From Octopus vulgaris (Eukaryota), in contig OX597814.1 of assembly GCA_951406725.2 (NCBI GenBank), forward strand, positions 164,610,001-164,674,000: DNA of 64,000 bases, given 5' to 3'. Shown here piece after piece: positions 38,431 to 53,990 of the stretch. The notes under the pieces were generated by a model. The model made no database searches, was not told the DNA's origin, and was given only the letters and a program-made list of their open reading frames with translations. The translations under genes and the position numbers were made by a program. Numbering within the stretch: the first letter of the stretch is position 1; every line of letters begins with the position of its first letter.

Positions 38431-40473
38431 ACACTTACAGTTCGATAGCACAATTTAAGCAGCACACTTTCTGCACAGCACTTCTAACGTATGTCCTACA
38501 TAATTTCCATCCAATAGATGGATAAGGCACACATCCTACTTGCTACTAGAAATTCACACAATTGTAACCTATTTAATTACCATCATTCAGGTGAAGACTA
38601 ATTCAGTCCTCACTTTCTCACTCAGGCGATGCATACACGATAAGGGTCAAAACGTTTGTGACCCTAAGATACCTTTAAATTATATTGTATGGTTTCCTAC
38701 ATTTTAATGGCTTTAGAAGAAAAACTAGTAAAACATCAGAGGGGCTCCAGCAGATTCTGCGTTGGCCTAAGTATCCCTGATGTTTACTTATGCCCATATA
38801 CAAACCACCAATCATCACCCGACATTAAAACACATAAAAACACAACTCACAGTACATACGAATTATAAGCGCCTCCCTACCCCACAAAAAGAAAAAACAA
38901 AAATTAATAAATAAACACAGCTTACATTAAATATATTCTACATAACAGAAGAATCTCTAAACGTAACACTAGCAATATTAAAAGACACTCCACAACAAAA
39001 CAGATATAACATACGAACACAACCGAGAAAAAAACAATGCTGCCAACACCGAGGAGCACAGAGACGCAACTGGTTGTGATGTACAACTCGTATGAAACTT
39101 ATAATAATTATAATAACAGTGATTTCGATATGCGACAACAGTGATTGCATATCTGCTGTAGGGTAGTTATGACACTTTACTCATGCTTGAACTAGTTCAT
39201 TTCATTTCCTTTTCCTAATTAGAGTGAATAGACTGGTAAAGGAATATGTTTCATCGGTTAACTGTCGTTCAGGACACTACGTGAAGACGAAGACTTCGAT
39301 GGTGATCCAATTTATTCAAATGTTAGAAAAATTAAATTAATAATATATGGTATGCAAAATATACAAAAATAAATTTAAACAAAAAGCTGAAATGAAAATG
39401 CATTTCTTTCTTGCATAATATTTCAAAATATTCATAAATTCTCCATATGGACATATGGCAAGTGTAGATAAATGCATCACTATAACCAATCGGTTGTAGA
39501 ATTGTATCTAAAATGTAATATTTGACTAAGATGGATGCCTTTTGTCAGACGGTTAAGTCTATGGTTTTTTTAGTATCAAAGACATCCACGAAGGATCGTC
39601 ATCTCAGTTGATTAATAGCCGCCGAAAATGATGATAAATCTATTGATAAGACTAGTGAGACTTTCACCTACATTGGTTGCACTTAGTAGGATACAGTATA
39701 TGATGACTGATACATCAGTGGTTTATTTGATGCCCAAATGACTTCTGTATGGTATATATAATGGAAAATGTGTGTATATAATTTATGAATAGATCAGAAA
39801 AAAAAGGGATTCCAATCTGACAACAGCATAAAAAGATCTTCCGTCCTATTTCCATGTAGCTAAAAATTCTGTTGATTCCGAACACTTACTACTCTAAACT
39901 CTAAGTTGGGTCATCCACTTCACGACAAATTAAACGAAGTCAAGCGCCCTCCAACACCATATTTTATAAAGCGTTACTACACTAAGATCGGTTTCTCCAT
40001 TCTTTAGTGTGTTATAATATTAAGTTTCAGCCCTCGGCATTTATAATTATATTTACTATACATCCATTGACGTAAGTGCTACCGTCACACCAAGCACGTG
40101 TTCTGGCCGATGTCTCAAACAAGAACATATGAGAGGGCGATTCTCAGAACTGACTCATCATAAAGACTAACCAATTCTGTATGCATAACATAAAAATACG
40201 ATCTAGCTGTCCACAGAAATGAAGACAGAAAATATTGCACAAGAAGGTGTTGACATCGACAGCTGGATGGGATAACTAACGATGAGGATGGCTTCCTTAC
40301 AGATGCTCCCTGAAGGGGAAAAAGAAGGCAAAAACTCACCTTTTACTTTTGAAACTGCCGATCTGAAAGAAAATAAAAATAAAAACGTTATCCTGAATGT
40401 TTGAAGAATAGAGGTGATACATAAATACGTATGCACATACATACATACATACATACATACATACATACATACA

Positions 40474-40506
<33 letters not shown>

Positions 40507-42234
40507 GCACACATGAATAGATACATATATAGATTTATGCATGTATGTGTACATATACAGACATATAATCATTCATACTAGCTACAAGAGATAGTTTTTG
40601 TACAAACCACGTACGCTTATAGTACACCATCCATTCTAGCCATTGCTGTTACAATGAGAGATCGTCAACACGTTAGCTCGATTTGCTGGAAGTAGTACCC
40701 AGATCACCGTCAGATTACAATCTAACGTCTCAGAAAAGGACACGTTGAATAATGAGGTTCCCTGTTGTGTATGTATGTATGTATGTATGTATGTATGTAT
40801 GTATGTATGTATGTATGTATGTATGTATGTATGTATGTATGTATGTATGTATGTATGTATGTATGTATGTATGTATGTATGTATGTATGTATGTATGTAT
40901 GTATTTATATATGTATGTGAGTGTGTATGTGAGTGAGTGTGTGTGTGTGTAAGAGAGAGAGAGAGAAAGAGAGTCTTTCTCCCTCTCTCTATATATTTTA
41001 CTAATAATCCGCAGAAGTTACAGAGTGATTCAAGGGCCGAGGGTTTCGTATGTTGGCATTTATCAATATTTGGTAAGTGCCAATGCTCAAAGCTCTCGGT
41101 CCTTGAGTCACCCTTTAACTTCTGCCGATTATTATCATCATCATCATCATTATTATTATTATTCTGTGTTTGACTTTTGCTTTATATTTGTACAAGTTGA
41201 CTCCAAGTCTCACCCAGAGACCTCAAGAGACAACAGGTTGGAAGTTCATGTTGTTGTTATGCCTAGGGTGCCATATATTTGGGGGGGGGGGGGGGGTGTT
41301 GTACTAATGAATGTCTAAAAAAAAAATAATAATAATAATAATGATAATAATAAGTGTGTGTGTGTGTCTGTATGCGCATGTACATATATGCGCACGCGCG
41401 TATGTGCACACTTACACACACACAGAAACACATGTGCACACTTACACACACACAGAAACACATATGCACGCATACACATACGAACCATTCCTGATCCAGA
41501 AGGCTCACGTTCAGTGCCGTCCTAGTCATGACCATCCCGACCAGTGCATCGAAGATTTCCTTATCCAATTTATACTATGCTTATCTTTTTCTATTTAGTA
41601 GAGTTTAATGTAATTTGAGGAATATTTCTCTACTATTTCTATCCGGTCGAGATACCACACAGATACCCACTAGTTGAGCCATGTTTCTCACATATTAGCT
41701 GCAGCTTTGAACTTTTAGACGTTCGAGTAGAATTTTAATGTCATCGACTTTAAAAGTTGAGGAGAGTATTCAAATATTATGAGCGTCATTTAAATATTCC
41801 CTTTCTCTCTCTATATATATATCTATCACTCACTCACTTACTCTCACTCTCTCTATCTATTTATCTAATATGCACATGTACACCCAAACACACAGCTGCA
41901 CGGTATTAGTGAACTGAAAGAAGGAATAATACTCAAAACTGGGAAGCATGATAATGGATACTTTAATGGAATTTAAATGAAGAACTGGGACCGATGGTTT
42001 CATGTTGTGATATTTGTCAAAAATCATTCAACCAGAAAATATAACATATCCTAAAATAGCCACCAATGATTAGTCAACAATCCGTAAAACGATCCTTCAG
42101 AAAACTCCACTCCCTTTTCTCTATATATCAAAAGCATACATTAAAAAGTATTTACATATCTATTTCTCTCTCAGCTAGGCGTACTTAACTTTCTTTCAAT
42201 CCTACTTATTCCTGTTATGCTGTGCATAAAATGT

Positions 42235-42546
42235 CACCGTCACCGTCACCATGACCGACCAGGCTATCAGATGTTGCTTCACATCGCTGGTCACAATGCG
42301 CTTCGCATTGTTTTAGCCTTCAAATGACGCCACCCCGCTGGCTATGCGAGCAGGCCAACAGAAGAAAGAGTGAGAGAAAGTTGTGGCGAAAGAGTAGAGC
42401 AAGGATCGCCACCATCCCCTGCCGGAGCCTCGTGGAGCTTTAGGCGTTTTCGTTCAATAAACACTCACAACGCCCGTTCTGGGAATCTAAACCGCAATCC
42501 TACGACCGCGAGTCCGCTGCTCTAACCACTGGGCCATTGCGCCTCC
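42235..42546 (-). mobile_element. SINE family C with alternative tail type 2 ending in (GGTGAC)n
   Basis: Same head as 22680; TSD GCATAAAATGT at 42224-42234 and 42549-42559. Confidence 0.9.
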
Positions 42547-43062
42547 ACGCATAAAATGTATATTGTTTAATTAATGCTGAGACATGCCGTCAAAATCAAA
42601 AACAAAGAAATTAAGTGATCCTATATGGTAATAACCTAATTTATTGCAACTTTATATAGGAGCCGATTATTCTATGGGAGAAAAAACCGGGTACCTCTTC
42701 TCTGAGAAGCAGTCCATAAGGAGACACCTCTGTTTATTTTTTTATTTTTCCCGTCAAAAGCATAGAAGGAATGTCTTTACTATCATTTTTTTTCACAGCT
42801 AGACCATTTAATACTTAAGGTTATTTAATTCCTTCTGATTCACGCTGAGTTAAACATGATATGCCATATATACATACACACATACATAGAAAAATGTATG
42901 TATGTATGCACGCACGTAAACAACATATTATATAGTGTCTCGACATGTGGCTTTATATTCCTGGTTATGAAAACAACAGATACAGTTAAGTAATATCGTT
43001 TATACATAAGTGCATACATACATACATACATACATACATACATACATACATACATACATACA

Positions 43063-43149
<87 letters not shown>

Positions 43150-43262
43150 TCATGTATTTGTGTGTGCAATGTTGCTGAGTTTGTGAATATACAAGTAAAT
43201 ATATATATATATGGTTAATCTATAGTGCATCGATAAATATTTGTTCAGTTAATTTGTGTGTA

Positions 43263-43325
<63 letters not shown>

Positions 43326-45655
43326 ATATCTATTCAGACACAGGCAAATTGTACAGACAGAGTAACATTACGAGGTCCCACCATTCGTTCTGTCTTTACA
43401 TATGTCCTCATTCTCAAGTACAGCACATGAAAAGGTCAGTTGTCATAAGTCTGTGACAAAACTATCTACCTTGATATTTATACTGTAAGCAAAAAATTAG
43501 GTATTTCTTAAAAACATCTGCCCCTTATCTGTCCTTTTACTATATGTCTGTCAGAGTGTCTGTCCGTCTGTCTTTCTATGTAACTATCTGTCTCTATGTA
43601 ACTATCGGTAGCTATCAGTCTATGTAACTATCAGTGGTCGTTATGTCTTATTGCATGGTCGATTGTATAGAAACTAAAAGTCAAACGTTGTTGGGACACA
43701 TTATTCTTCTCCTCAAGACTGTCTTATCTAATTTACCTATCATTTACCTTGATTCCATCTAGCAGCATCTTTGGAAACTGATAGCAAAGTCTTAATCAAC
43801 CACGTCCAGTAACAATGACAAAGAAGTTATTTCGCTGTAGGAATGTCAGCTAGTTATGACCGTTCTGTCTGAGAGATATCTTCAGATACAGAAACTGATA
43901 AACAACGAAACTTATAGAGAATCAAATAAGTTATATAGTGAGCTAAAAATGAGCTTTATTAAAAAGTATAATTAAAAGATGTAATATTGACAAATTACAC
44001 GCGTTTTTGACGTACTAAATGAAGAATGTTTTTGATGCAAAACGTGTTATTCTTTGTAATATACATACTGAACTGTTATTATTTTAAATTTTAGTAAACA
44101 GCGGTTCGCATCTATGGATGGGTTTGATTTTTAAATTCTTATATTTGAAGAAAGAGAGGTGTAATATTTAAGACATTCTTTTTGGTATTTGAAAAGAAAA
44201 AAAAAATCATTTCAGTATTTGAAAATAAATCACGAACTTATTTGTGTTAAAATGCAACTTTTAAGTGCTTCTTACTTCTGTATACACAATAAATGTACGG
44301 CCTGTTGTCTAGGTGTTTAGTCGTTTCATATGATTTAGTACATCATTGCAAGACTGAACCCAGTAGTTCCTTGGAATACCTCTAATCATTTTAACTTCTC
44401 CAGATATATAAGAAGGTTGCAGTTGAGCAATTATACAGGGCTCAACAACTTGCTAGTTGGTTGTTAGATTTAATATAAGTTAGTTGGAACCCGAGTTTAG
44501 TTGTATCCAGGAAGTTGGCAAACATTAGACCGTCGTCCCTATAATTAGTAAAATATTGTCAGGTGGATAGAGTGTTTGATAATTGTGTGCATTTTTCAGG
44601 GATTTAACATTACATGGCTATAGATTATCAATTGGTAACTCTAAGGTCAATCGACTGTGACACATGTACACGGTAATTAGCACTGCTAATTGAGTTAAAA
44701 GCCTAAAAGATCTGTAAAATAGATTCTGGCTTAGTTGTTTGATAGGGTTAATAAATAAATCTTCCTGTATTCCAGCTGTCACACAGAACCAATACTTGCT
44801 GACTTGTATAATGAGACTAACTAAACTTAAAGCTCTTAGACAACTTCCTGTCTCCTGCTGCGGTGCCTGTCGTTTGGTGGCTTAGTCTGTCTTAATTGAG
44901 TGATTAACGGATTTCTTTATAATTTATTATCTCATTTAATGACATTGATCCTTGAGATAAAGTTGAAGCCATAGAGAAGCTGAGGAAAATGAACTCAAGA
45001 GAGGGAATAATTGTTTTGGTTCAGTCAATTTGTTCATGGTTATTTTCAGACTAAAATGAACGAAGTTTTAATGTTTATGGTAATACGAAGACTTCGTGTT
45101 GTGTAGCAACAGCTGAGTGATAAGATACTAAATCTGTGCATAGGATCGTTATTCGGATAATATCAATGGTGCTGTTAAATGTCCTAATGCAGAGAAGTGA
45201 TTTTCTAGCTTAGAGACTAGAAATACACGCTTTATTAGCACATTGAATAGATTTCCTATATACCGTTTCATTATAAGATGTATATCTCTAAATAAGTTTG
45301 TAGTGACAAATCGAACGCAGATATATCTCCATTCAGAGATTTCTGGTAATTCCTAGTTTACTTAACCATATTCCTCTATATCAATAGTTTGCATTTTTTT
45401 CTGGTGGACACCAGAGTAGCAATTTTCTTTTAAACATTAAGATGATAAAATACCATTTACTACATTAAATGATATTAGATTAGATAAAAACCTATTCGAT
45501 TACGAGTGATTAAATTTTTTTATGTGAACGAAGTGCGGTAGAAAAGTGGATTAATATTTTTTTTTCTCTGATAACCATCTATGTTGTTTTGGGTCACACT
45601 TGCAAACTCTAAAGTCAACCTAATTGTAAAGCTTCTCAATATTAGACTCTGAGAA

Positions 45656-46945
45656 AGGCGGCGAGGTGGCAGAAACGTTAGCACGCCGGCCGAAATGCGT
45701 AGCTGTATTTCGTCTGCCGTTACGCTCTGAGTTCAAATTCTAAACATTCCACAAATGAATTAACAGAGCCTTCAATATGTTTCTTTACATTATTTTATTC
45801 TTTTATTTATTTCAGTTATTTGACTGTGGCCATGCTGGAGCACCACCTTTCGTCAAACAAATCGACCCCAAGACTTGTTCTTTGTAAGCCTAGTACTTAG
45901 TCTATCGGTTTCTTTTGCCGAACTGCTAAGTTACGGGGACATAAACACACCAGCATCGGTGTCAAGCGATGGTGGTGGGGACAAACACAGACACAGAAAT
46001 ACATACATACATATTTATTCTCTTCCTTTACTCTTTTACTCGTTTCAGTCATTTGACTGCAGCCATGCTGGAGCACCGCATTTTAGTCGCATAAATCGAC
46101 CTCGACCTCAGGACTTATTCTATAGGTGTCTTTTGCCGAACCGCTAAGTTACAGAAATGTAAACACACCAACATCGGTTGTCAACGATGGTTGGAGGACA
46201 AACACAGACACACACACACACACACATACGATGGGCTTCTTTCAGTTTCCGTCTACCAAATCCACACACAAGGCTTTGGTCAGCCCGAGACTACAATAGC
46301 TGACACTTGCAATGAACTCGTAACCATGTAGTTGGGAAGCAAGCTTCTTATTTCTCTATTGCCCACAAAGGGCGAAACATAGAGGGGACAAATAAGGACA
46401 GGCAAAGAGAATAAGTCGATCACATCGACCCCAGTGCATAGCTGGTACTTATTTTATCGACCCCGAAAGGATAAAAGGCAAAGTCGACCTCGACGGAATT
46501 TGAACTCAGAACGTAACGGAAGACGAAATACCTATTTTTTTACTACCCACAAGGGGCTAAACACAGAGAGGACAGACAAAGACAGACAAATGGATTAAGT
46601 CGATTATATCGACCCCAGTGCATAACTGGTACTTATTTACTCGACCCCGAAAGGATAAAAGGCAAAGTCGACCTCGACGGAATTTGAATTCAGAATGTAA
46701 CGGAAGACGAAATACCTATTTCTTTACTACCCACGAGGGGATAAACACAGAGAGGACAAGACAAGGACAGACAAACGGATTAAGTCGATTATATCGACCT
46801 CAGTGCATAACTGGTACTTATTTACTCGACCCCGAAAGGATAAAAGGCAAAGTCGACCTCGACGGAATTTGAACTCAGAATGTAACGGAAGACGAAATAC
46901 CACTAAGCATTTCGCCCGGCGCACTAACGATTCTGCCAGCTCGCC
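45656..46945. mobile_element. SINE cluster: SINE-A 5' part (+), two SINE-B (-), and a SINE-A trimer nested in a SINE-B head
   Basis: SINE-B sequence AAGCTTCTTA|CCACACAGCCAC is split by 46350-46925. Confidence 0.85.
46350..46925 (-). mobile_element. SINE-A tandem trimer (184-bp period)
   Basis: Junctions after 46531 and 46715. Confidence 0.9.
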
Positions 46946-47455
46946 ACACAGCCACTCCCGCGCCTGTGCGTTTTTATTTTTTATATGTATTGACAATTCG
47001 TAAACAAACTTCCAAAAATTCCAAAACGATATCCTATGTTGATTCTGTTAATCCCAAGTGGTCCTTGCTTTAGCAAATATAATAACAAAAGTCGAGGCCA
47101 TGTAGATGTTTGTGGGATGGGAGGCATAATATAAGACCATCCTATTCATAGTACTCTTCATGTTTCGTAAGACGATAGAGTATGATTTGAGGAAGGCTTG
47201 GTTGGTATTTCTAGCAAGTTATTCAACCGCGTCGAGTGTCTCACTGGTTTTAGATGCAATATTATAGTAGAATCGTACTTTCTTATCCAGGGTCGATAAA
47301 AAAGTACCATTCAAAAAATGAGTTGATTTAATCAACTATATCATTCACCTAATTAATGCATACACACACATATATACATATATGTATGTATATATGAATA
47401 CATACATACAATACATACATACATACATACATACATACATACATACATACATACA

Positions 47456-47489
<34 letters not shown>

Positions 47490-48274
47490 CATACATACAT
47501 ACATATATACATGCATACATACATACATAAATACATGCATACATACATACATAAATACATGCATACATGAATGGTACTCGTATGTAGTGAAATACAGTGT
47601 ATATCCTGTGGGGACTGGTAAATCCAACGTTTAGAACAGTCATTCTTCAGAGGAGAATTAAAGAGAGACGGCAAGAAAAAAGAGCGAAATAAAAAAAAAA
47701 CTTGGTTGCAACTGCTAAGGTAGACATAATTACAGGGGCTTCATGCATGGACAGAAAGTAGTAGGAGAGAGAAATCGAGTGAGAAACGTAAAAGAAAGAG
47801 GAATGAAATGTGGAGGAGCGGCAAAGGTGAGAAAGAAGTGAAGAGAAAAGAATAAGGTGAGAAGGAGAGAGGAGAGTTGCAGGATAAGATTAAACTAAGA
47901 GAAGGTGTAAGATTAGAAGGGAAACGTGTTGCTGTAAATAGGTTAAAATAGTATTTAAAATTACAGGAACCCGTTTTGGTTCAAATATTTTTCTCTTTAG
48001 TGTATGTTATAATAAACAAGTATTTTCAAGATTGGTAAGCAAGATTGCACTTGCAAAATGCTATGTACCAGTGTACTCTGCTACACTTCGAATCTCTAAG
48101 ATTTTACGGAAAACAAGCTGATAGCAAATCGATCGTTCACTTAATCAATTTCGTTTCAATCGATGGGTATTATCTAAACACCTCTATATCACTGATATCT
48201 TCTTTTAATAATATTCATTGAACACTAACTTGAATACGTTGATACATTGCATTGATTTAAATGTGTAGTTAACA

Positions 48275-48430
48275 GGCGTGACTATGCGGTAAGTAGCTTG
48301 CTTACCAACCACATTGTTCCGAGTTCAGTCTCATTGAGTGGCGTCTTGGGCAAGTGTCTTCCACTATAGCCTCGGTCCAACCAAAGCCTTGTAAGTGGAT
48401 TTAGTAAACGAAAACTGAAAGAAGCCCTCG

Positions 48431-48462
<32 letters not shown>

Positions 48463-48884
48463 TGGAACAGACTCTGAGGAATTTGGTTTTACAACCAAAT
48501 TTGCACTAATGAAGGAATTATACGGAATAAACATTATTTTATACTTGTCTTTTATATGTGTGTGTGTGTGTGTTTGTACCTCCCCCCTGTGCCATCGCTT
48601 GACAACCGATACTGGTGTGTCTATACAACCGTGACCTAGCGGTTCGGCAAAAGAGATCTATTACATAAGTACTAAACTTAAGAAATAAGTCCTGGGGTCG
48701 ATTTGTTCGATTAAAAACCCTTTAATATGGTGCTCCTGACTGAAACAAGTAAAAGAATTAAAATTAAAAACAAAATATACATACATACGTACTTTCATAC
48801 ATTCATAGGCGCAGGAGTGACTGTGTGGTAAGAAGCTTGGCTTCAAACCACCCGTCGTACACACACATATATATATACATATAC

Positions 48885-48948
<64 letters not shown>

Positions 48949-49175
48949 TCATACATATATGTATATATTTGCGTGTGTGTGTGTTTGTCCCCGCTCCATC
49001 GCTTGACAACCGATGGTAGCATGTTTACGTCCCCGCAACTTAGCGGTTCGCAAAAAAGCCCGACAGAATAAGTACTAGGCTTACAAAGAATAAGTCCTGG
49101 GATCGATTTGTTCAACTAAAGGCGGTGCTCCAGCATGGTCACAGTCAAACTACTGAAACAAGTAAAAGAATAAAA
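48275..49175 (+). mobile_element. Two consecutive SINE-B copies
   Basis: 48275-48760 (with an insertion in the internal TA tract) and 48808-49175 (internal deletion). Confidence 0.85.
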
Positions 49176-49696
49176 TAATATATATATATATATATACTTG
49201 TAAATATATATGCAAATGTTCATATATACATCTATACATATAGATATATGTATATATATATGTATGTATATGTGTATATATCCTACACACACACATGCAG
49301 GCCTACATACATACATGCATACATACATACATACATACATACATACATACATACATACATACATACATACATACATACATACATACTTATGTCTACATGT
49401 GCATGTGTGTATGAATATATGTGAGTGCTTTTAGTTTTCGAAACTATCGTAGTATGTAGTATATTCATGCTGTTTTCATATTAGTATCCGGTGTGTACTA
49501 ATGTGAGGAGGTGGAGGATGAGATGTCAGTGTTCGACAGTAAAAGCACTATGAAAAATAAATATAAGACTTCAGTTAATACGCATTCGTACAAATTATAC
49601 ACACACACACACTGCACATAAAAATACATATAGAAATATGTAGGAAAGGATATGTAAAATATATTTTCTTTAATGTATTTACTCTGATTTTAAACA

Positions 49697-49751
<55 letters not shown>

Positions 49752-50739
49752 TCTCTCTCTCTCCCACACGTACATACGCACACAACATTTATGTATGTGT
49801 GAATGTATTTATGTATGCATATATTTAAGTATTGTATTAATTTTCATAAAGTATTTCGTTGATGTTTTTCCGTCTGTTTCTAAGTTATGTAATATCTATT
49901 AAAGAAGGACGAACCAGATTTCTGGAAGGCGGCTTAGAGTCAGACTAATGACATTAACATCTATAATTTGCTATTCTATGTTTGAACACATAAACAGAGA
50001 AAAGTATTAAGGACGTTTTAGCTTGCGAACAATTTCTTCTTGTTTACATATTGCCGCTGTTTTTGGTGGTGGTTATATCATGCTGGTGAAGCTGTTGTTC
50101 TTGCTTCTCTTGTGGCTATCATTTCTGTCGGTAATTCTGATATATTTGTAACAGTTTAATACCAAGTCGGTTCCTACTGAGAAGAGCTACGGTCAAAGGC
50201 TTTACAAACATAATCTAGTCGTTTTTATTCAGTCGTTTCCTTCTTTAAGACGGTAGAGTTTGCTTGAAAGGATAGTTAACTGTTACTGTTAAGAGTTAAG
50301 AAGCCACGTAGAGTATTTCCTATTTGCCTTAGTACGGTTTAATGTGCGAAAATAGCAGCGGATTGGGATAAACAGCTTTCTTTGTTCGTCAGTGGCTCCA
50401 GAATGGCGCGTCGCGTTACTTTGGTTTGCTGCAAGATGTCGCGAGGTGAGCACCAATAATAAATCTTTCAGCTATAGGCACAAGGCCTGAAGTTTAGGGG
50501 GTAAGTGGGCTAGTCGATTGCATCGACTCCAATACTTGACTGGTATTTATTTTATCAAACCCACAACGCCGAAGGTAAATTTGATCTTGGCGGCATTTGA
50601 ACTCAAAACGTAAAGCCAGAAGAAAAATCGCAAAACATTTTATCCAGGACTTTGCCAGCTCGTCGCCTTGAGCCCCAGTAATAATAAATTTATACAGTTT
50701 AAATACAAAGTGAAATATAAAGGGTTAATATAAAAGAAG

Positions 50740-50967
50740 GAGGTGAGCTGGCAGAATCGATAGCACGCCGGGCGAAATGCGTAGCCGTATTTCGTCTGCC
50801 GTTACGTTCTGAGTTCAAATTCCGCCGTGGTCGATTTTGCCTTTCATCCTTTCGGGGTCGATAAATTAAGTAGCAGTTACGCAATGGGGTCGATGTAATC
50901 GACTTAATCCGTTCGTCTGTCCTTGTTTGTCCCCTCAACGTTTAGCCCCTTTTGGGTAACAAAGAAA
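50740..50967 (+). mobile_element. SINE family A
   Basis: Full copy; older variant-tail relatives on the minus strand at 50475-50668, 51195-51397 and 58620-58830. Confidence 0.9.
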
Positions 50968-53185
50968 CACATAAAAGTTTAATATAAAAGGAAGTATAAT
51001 TATAATCGTGTCATCTAAACAAAACTCAAAATGAAAAATGATATTGTACTTCGAGCCTTCCCAGTAATTCCCAGTCATTTGTGTTCAAATATATTATTGG
51101 CAAAAATTTATAATCTTCTTAAGAGCAAACATTGCAGAGAATTTTTAAATCTGAATTTATACGTTCCTCAAAAGCAATTAGGATTAATATTGGTTTCAAA
51201 TTTTAGCACAAGGTCAGCAAGTTTGGGGAAGGGAGTAAGTCGATTACATCGACCTCAGTAATTAACTGGTACTTATTTTATCGATCCCGAGAGATGAAAA
51301 GTCAAGTCGGGTAACCTCCTCCCAAGAACGTGAAGACGGACGAAATACCGTAAAGGATTTTGCCCGGCGTGTTAACGATTCTGCCAGTTCACCGCCCATC
51401 GCTACGATTAATATTGATAAATTGAAATTACTCAATCTCCATTGCTGCATAACTCGTTTAAATTTGTTTTCCTTGGATTAGATATGAAGATCAATAATTA
51501 CCACTAGATTGCATGGAGAGAAAATTTCGAGGTAAGCTGATTAGAAAGGGTGTCAGTCATAGAATTTATTAGGAGGACGTAATTATTTTAAATCTACCGA
51601 ATTGCAGAAATTTAATTCTGTATTAAAAGCACTGCACAGTTGTGTATGTGAGTGTGTAACAAAGGGTTATCGAATATATCAATGAAAACAGTCTCCCATA
51701 TGAAAAGCTTTCAGCTTTTAAAAAGGCCCAGATCACTTTTATTGTGACACTGAAATAACTGCACTAAATTATAAAGTCATGCAGTTCAGCTGAATTAGTT
51801 ATTTTAATCGCATGTAGAAAGTTGGTTGAAACCATATTATTAAATGACGTTCCAAATAACTCCAAGTTAGTCCTAATCAAGCAGATTTATATCAAGGAAT
51901 CCATACCACGCTGTTTATGCTTCTTTAATTAAGACTTAGAGTGATGTTTGGGAAAGAATTGGATGCTATTTCTGGCTATTCAAGAGCTTCATGCAGATTC
52001 CTTATTTTGTACTAAAGGCAACTGTAAATACCGTTGATACTAGAGTGAAGATGAAAGAGTCAATAGACGACTGCACATAGTGCTTATTTTGTATAATTTG
52101 GTATCTCAATGTCGGTAGTTCAAATCTTTCTGAAGTTCATTTTTACCTCCTTTATTCTTAGTAGAACCGTTAAAATGAGCATTAGCAATATATTTTGGTG
52201 TGAGAATCGCTTATTAACAAAAACAACCTTCAGCTAACGAATCCATCATTCTCTAAGTGGGTGGCTGCTGGAATCTCTATGGAATTGAAGAGTAACTTGT
52301 TAACTTCAGTTCATCCCAGAGGAAAAGCTACCCTTGCTATTTCGAGAAACATTAATGTTTCGCTAAATGGAGATAGCTAATGGTCCTATGGACCTTGGTA
52401 CTTAAAAACGGAAAATGTTTCATAGATTTCAGTTTAATGGTAGATCCACAAAAGATTAAAAAATGAAAACAAAAAAGAAAATTCCTTCCCGTTGTTCAGA
52501 GTCTGCAATTCCCAGTTGAAATCGCTCACTTCTTGCCTCCTTCTTACTTCTGGGAAAAAGTCTGAATATCACAACTTCCTATTTCCTATACCCTGGCACA
52601 ATATTATATTTTTTTTCTTGTGTTTTCGCAGTAAATCGCAATTGGCATTTTGTTTTTGCTGCATAATTTAATGTAATCGTTGGCGTTAGCACTGATGCTG
52701 TTTATAGTGCTATTAGTGATACATTAAGTGTATTTTCTAATTTTCTTTATTCCCTTCTTCCTCCTCATCATTATCATCTCTGAAGCCGAACATGTATCCA
52801 TTTTTTTCTACTTTTCTGGGTGCATCTAGCCTTCGGTGTCACGAAGAAATGACATCCCCAGAAGGAAAGGACTGAAGAGACACGGTACCATAATGATGAG
52901 AAAGGTTAACTAGATATACCAATAACAGTGTCTGACGATAGGCGTCAGTCTGCTGAATTCATTAATAACTGTCACGGTTATACTTAGGTTAATGTCGGAA
53001 ATCATTATCTCAAAAGTTTACTGACTTATTACTTCTATTCTACCTGGGTAATATGGTGCTTCAGGGTGCACAATGCGTGGATATATAAATTTATAACTTC
53101 TGCTCAATAGAAAGCACTAAGAGTTCTCAGTTGCTAATACATGAATGCATACACATATATGTGTATGTATACATATAAAGGCAAA

Positions 53186-53416
53186 AGGCGGCGAGCTGGC
53201 AGAAACGTTAGCACGCCGGGCGAAATGCGTAGCCGTATTTCGTCTGTCGTTACGTTCCGAGTTCAAATTCCCCCGAGGTCGACTTTGCCTTTCATCCTTT
53301 CGGGGTCGATAAATTAAGTACTAGTTACGCGCTGGGGTCGATGTAATCGACTTAATCTCTTTGTCTATCCTTGTTTGTTCCCTTTGTGTTTAGCCCCTTG
53401 TGGGTAGTAAAGAAAT
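53186..53416 (+). mobile_element. SINE family A
   Basis: Full copy, TSD TATACATATAAAGG. Confidence 0.92.
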
Positions 53417-53744
53417 ATATACATATAAAGGTAAGCGTGAGTGAGTATTTCAGAAATTACTTTCGTAATAATGAATTCATAGGTTCGATCCTACAGCGTA
53501 GCATCTTTGATAAATGTCATTTAACATAGCTTTGAATAGGCACACGCCTTGCTAATGAAACTGTGCAGATGAGAATGTGTGAAAGCCTGTTGGATAGACT
53601 GTACCTGAAATTCAGTAATCCAACTTAGTCATATAGTGTTACACTGATCCTGCTTTAGGATTACGTCACTGAAATATCCAAGTATATACTCTAAGATTTA
53701 ATTATCAAGAAATTTAATTGATGGAACAAATATTGCGTGGTAGT

Positions 53745-53990
53745 TTGTCGTACGCTCCAATGATTCTCTTAATTCATCTGCTTACTCTAGTTTTACCTAC
53801 TTCAACAATGTATACAATATTCTCACCGGTTCCTAGATACTTGCAGCATCTGTTGTTAGGTACAGAAGAAGTAGATAGATATTGATATTCGATTTTATCT
53901 TTATTGAGGAGTTGTGAACATATGTGCAGGTCAGATCCACTTCTGATGGATTGTTAGGAAGCTGTAACTATTTTCCTTTTGCTCAAAGTG
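53745..53990 (-). mobile_element. Possible R4/Dong-like reverse transcriptase remnant
   Basis: CCKYLGTGENIVY..VGKTRVSR resembles the YKYLG motif and following thumb region of RLE LINE RTs. Confidence 0.4.

Noticed and set aside
43400-45650. Microsatellite-poor unique-looking stretch
   Set aside because: No sustained frame or recognisable motif; may be an old transposon but unsupported.
46350-46925. Regularly spaced repeats resembling an array or CRISPR
   Set aside because: Units are whole SINE bodies with no unique spacers; eukaryotic context, no cas genes.
48470-48510. CTGAGGA plus an 8-bp hairpin inside the TA tract of a SINE-B
   Set aside because: No GAAA, stem III or stem I partner.
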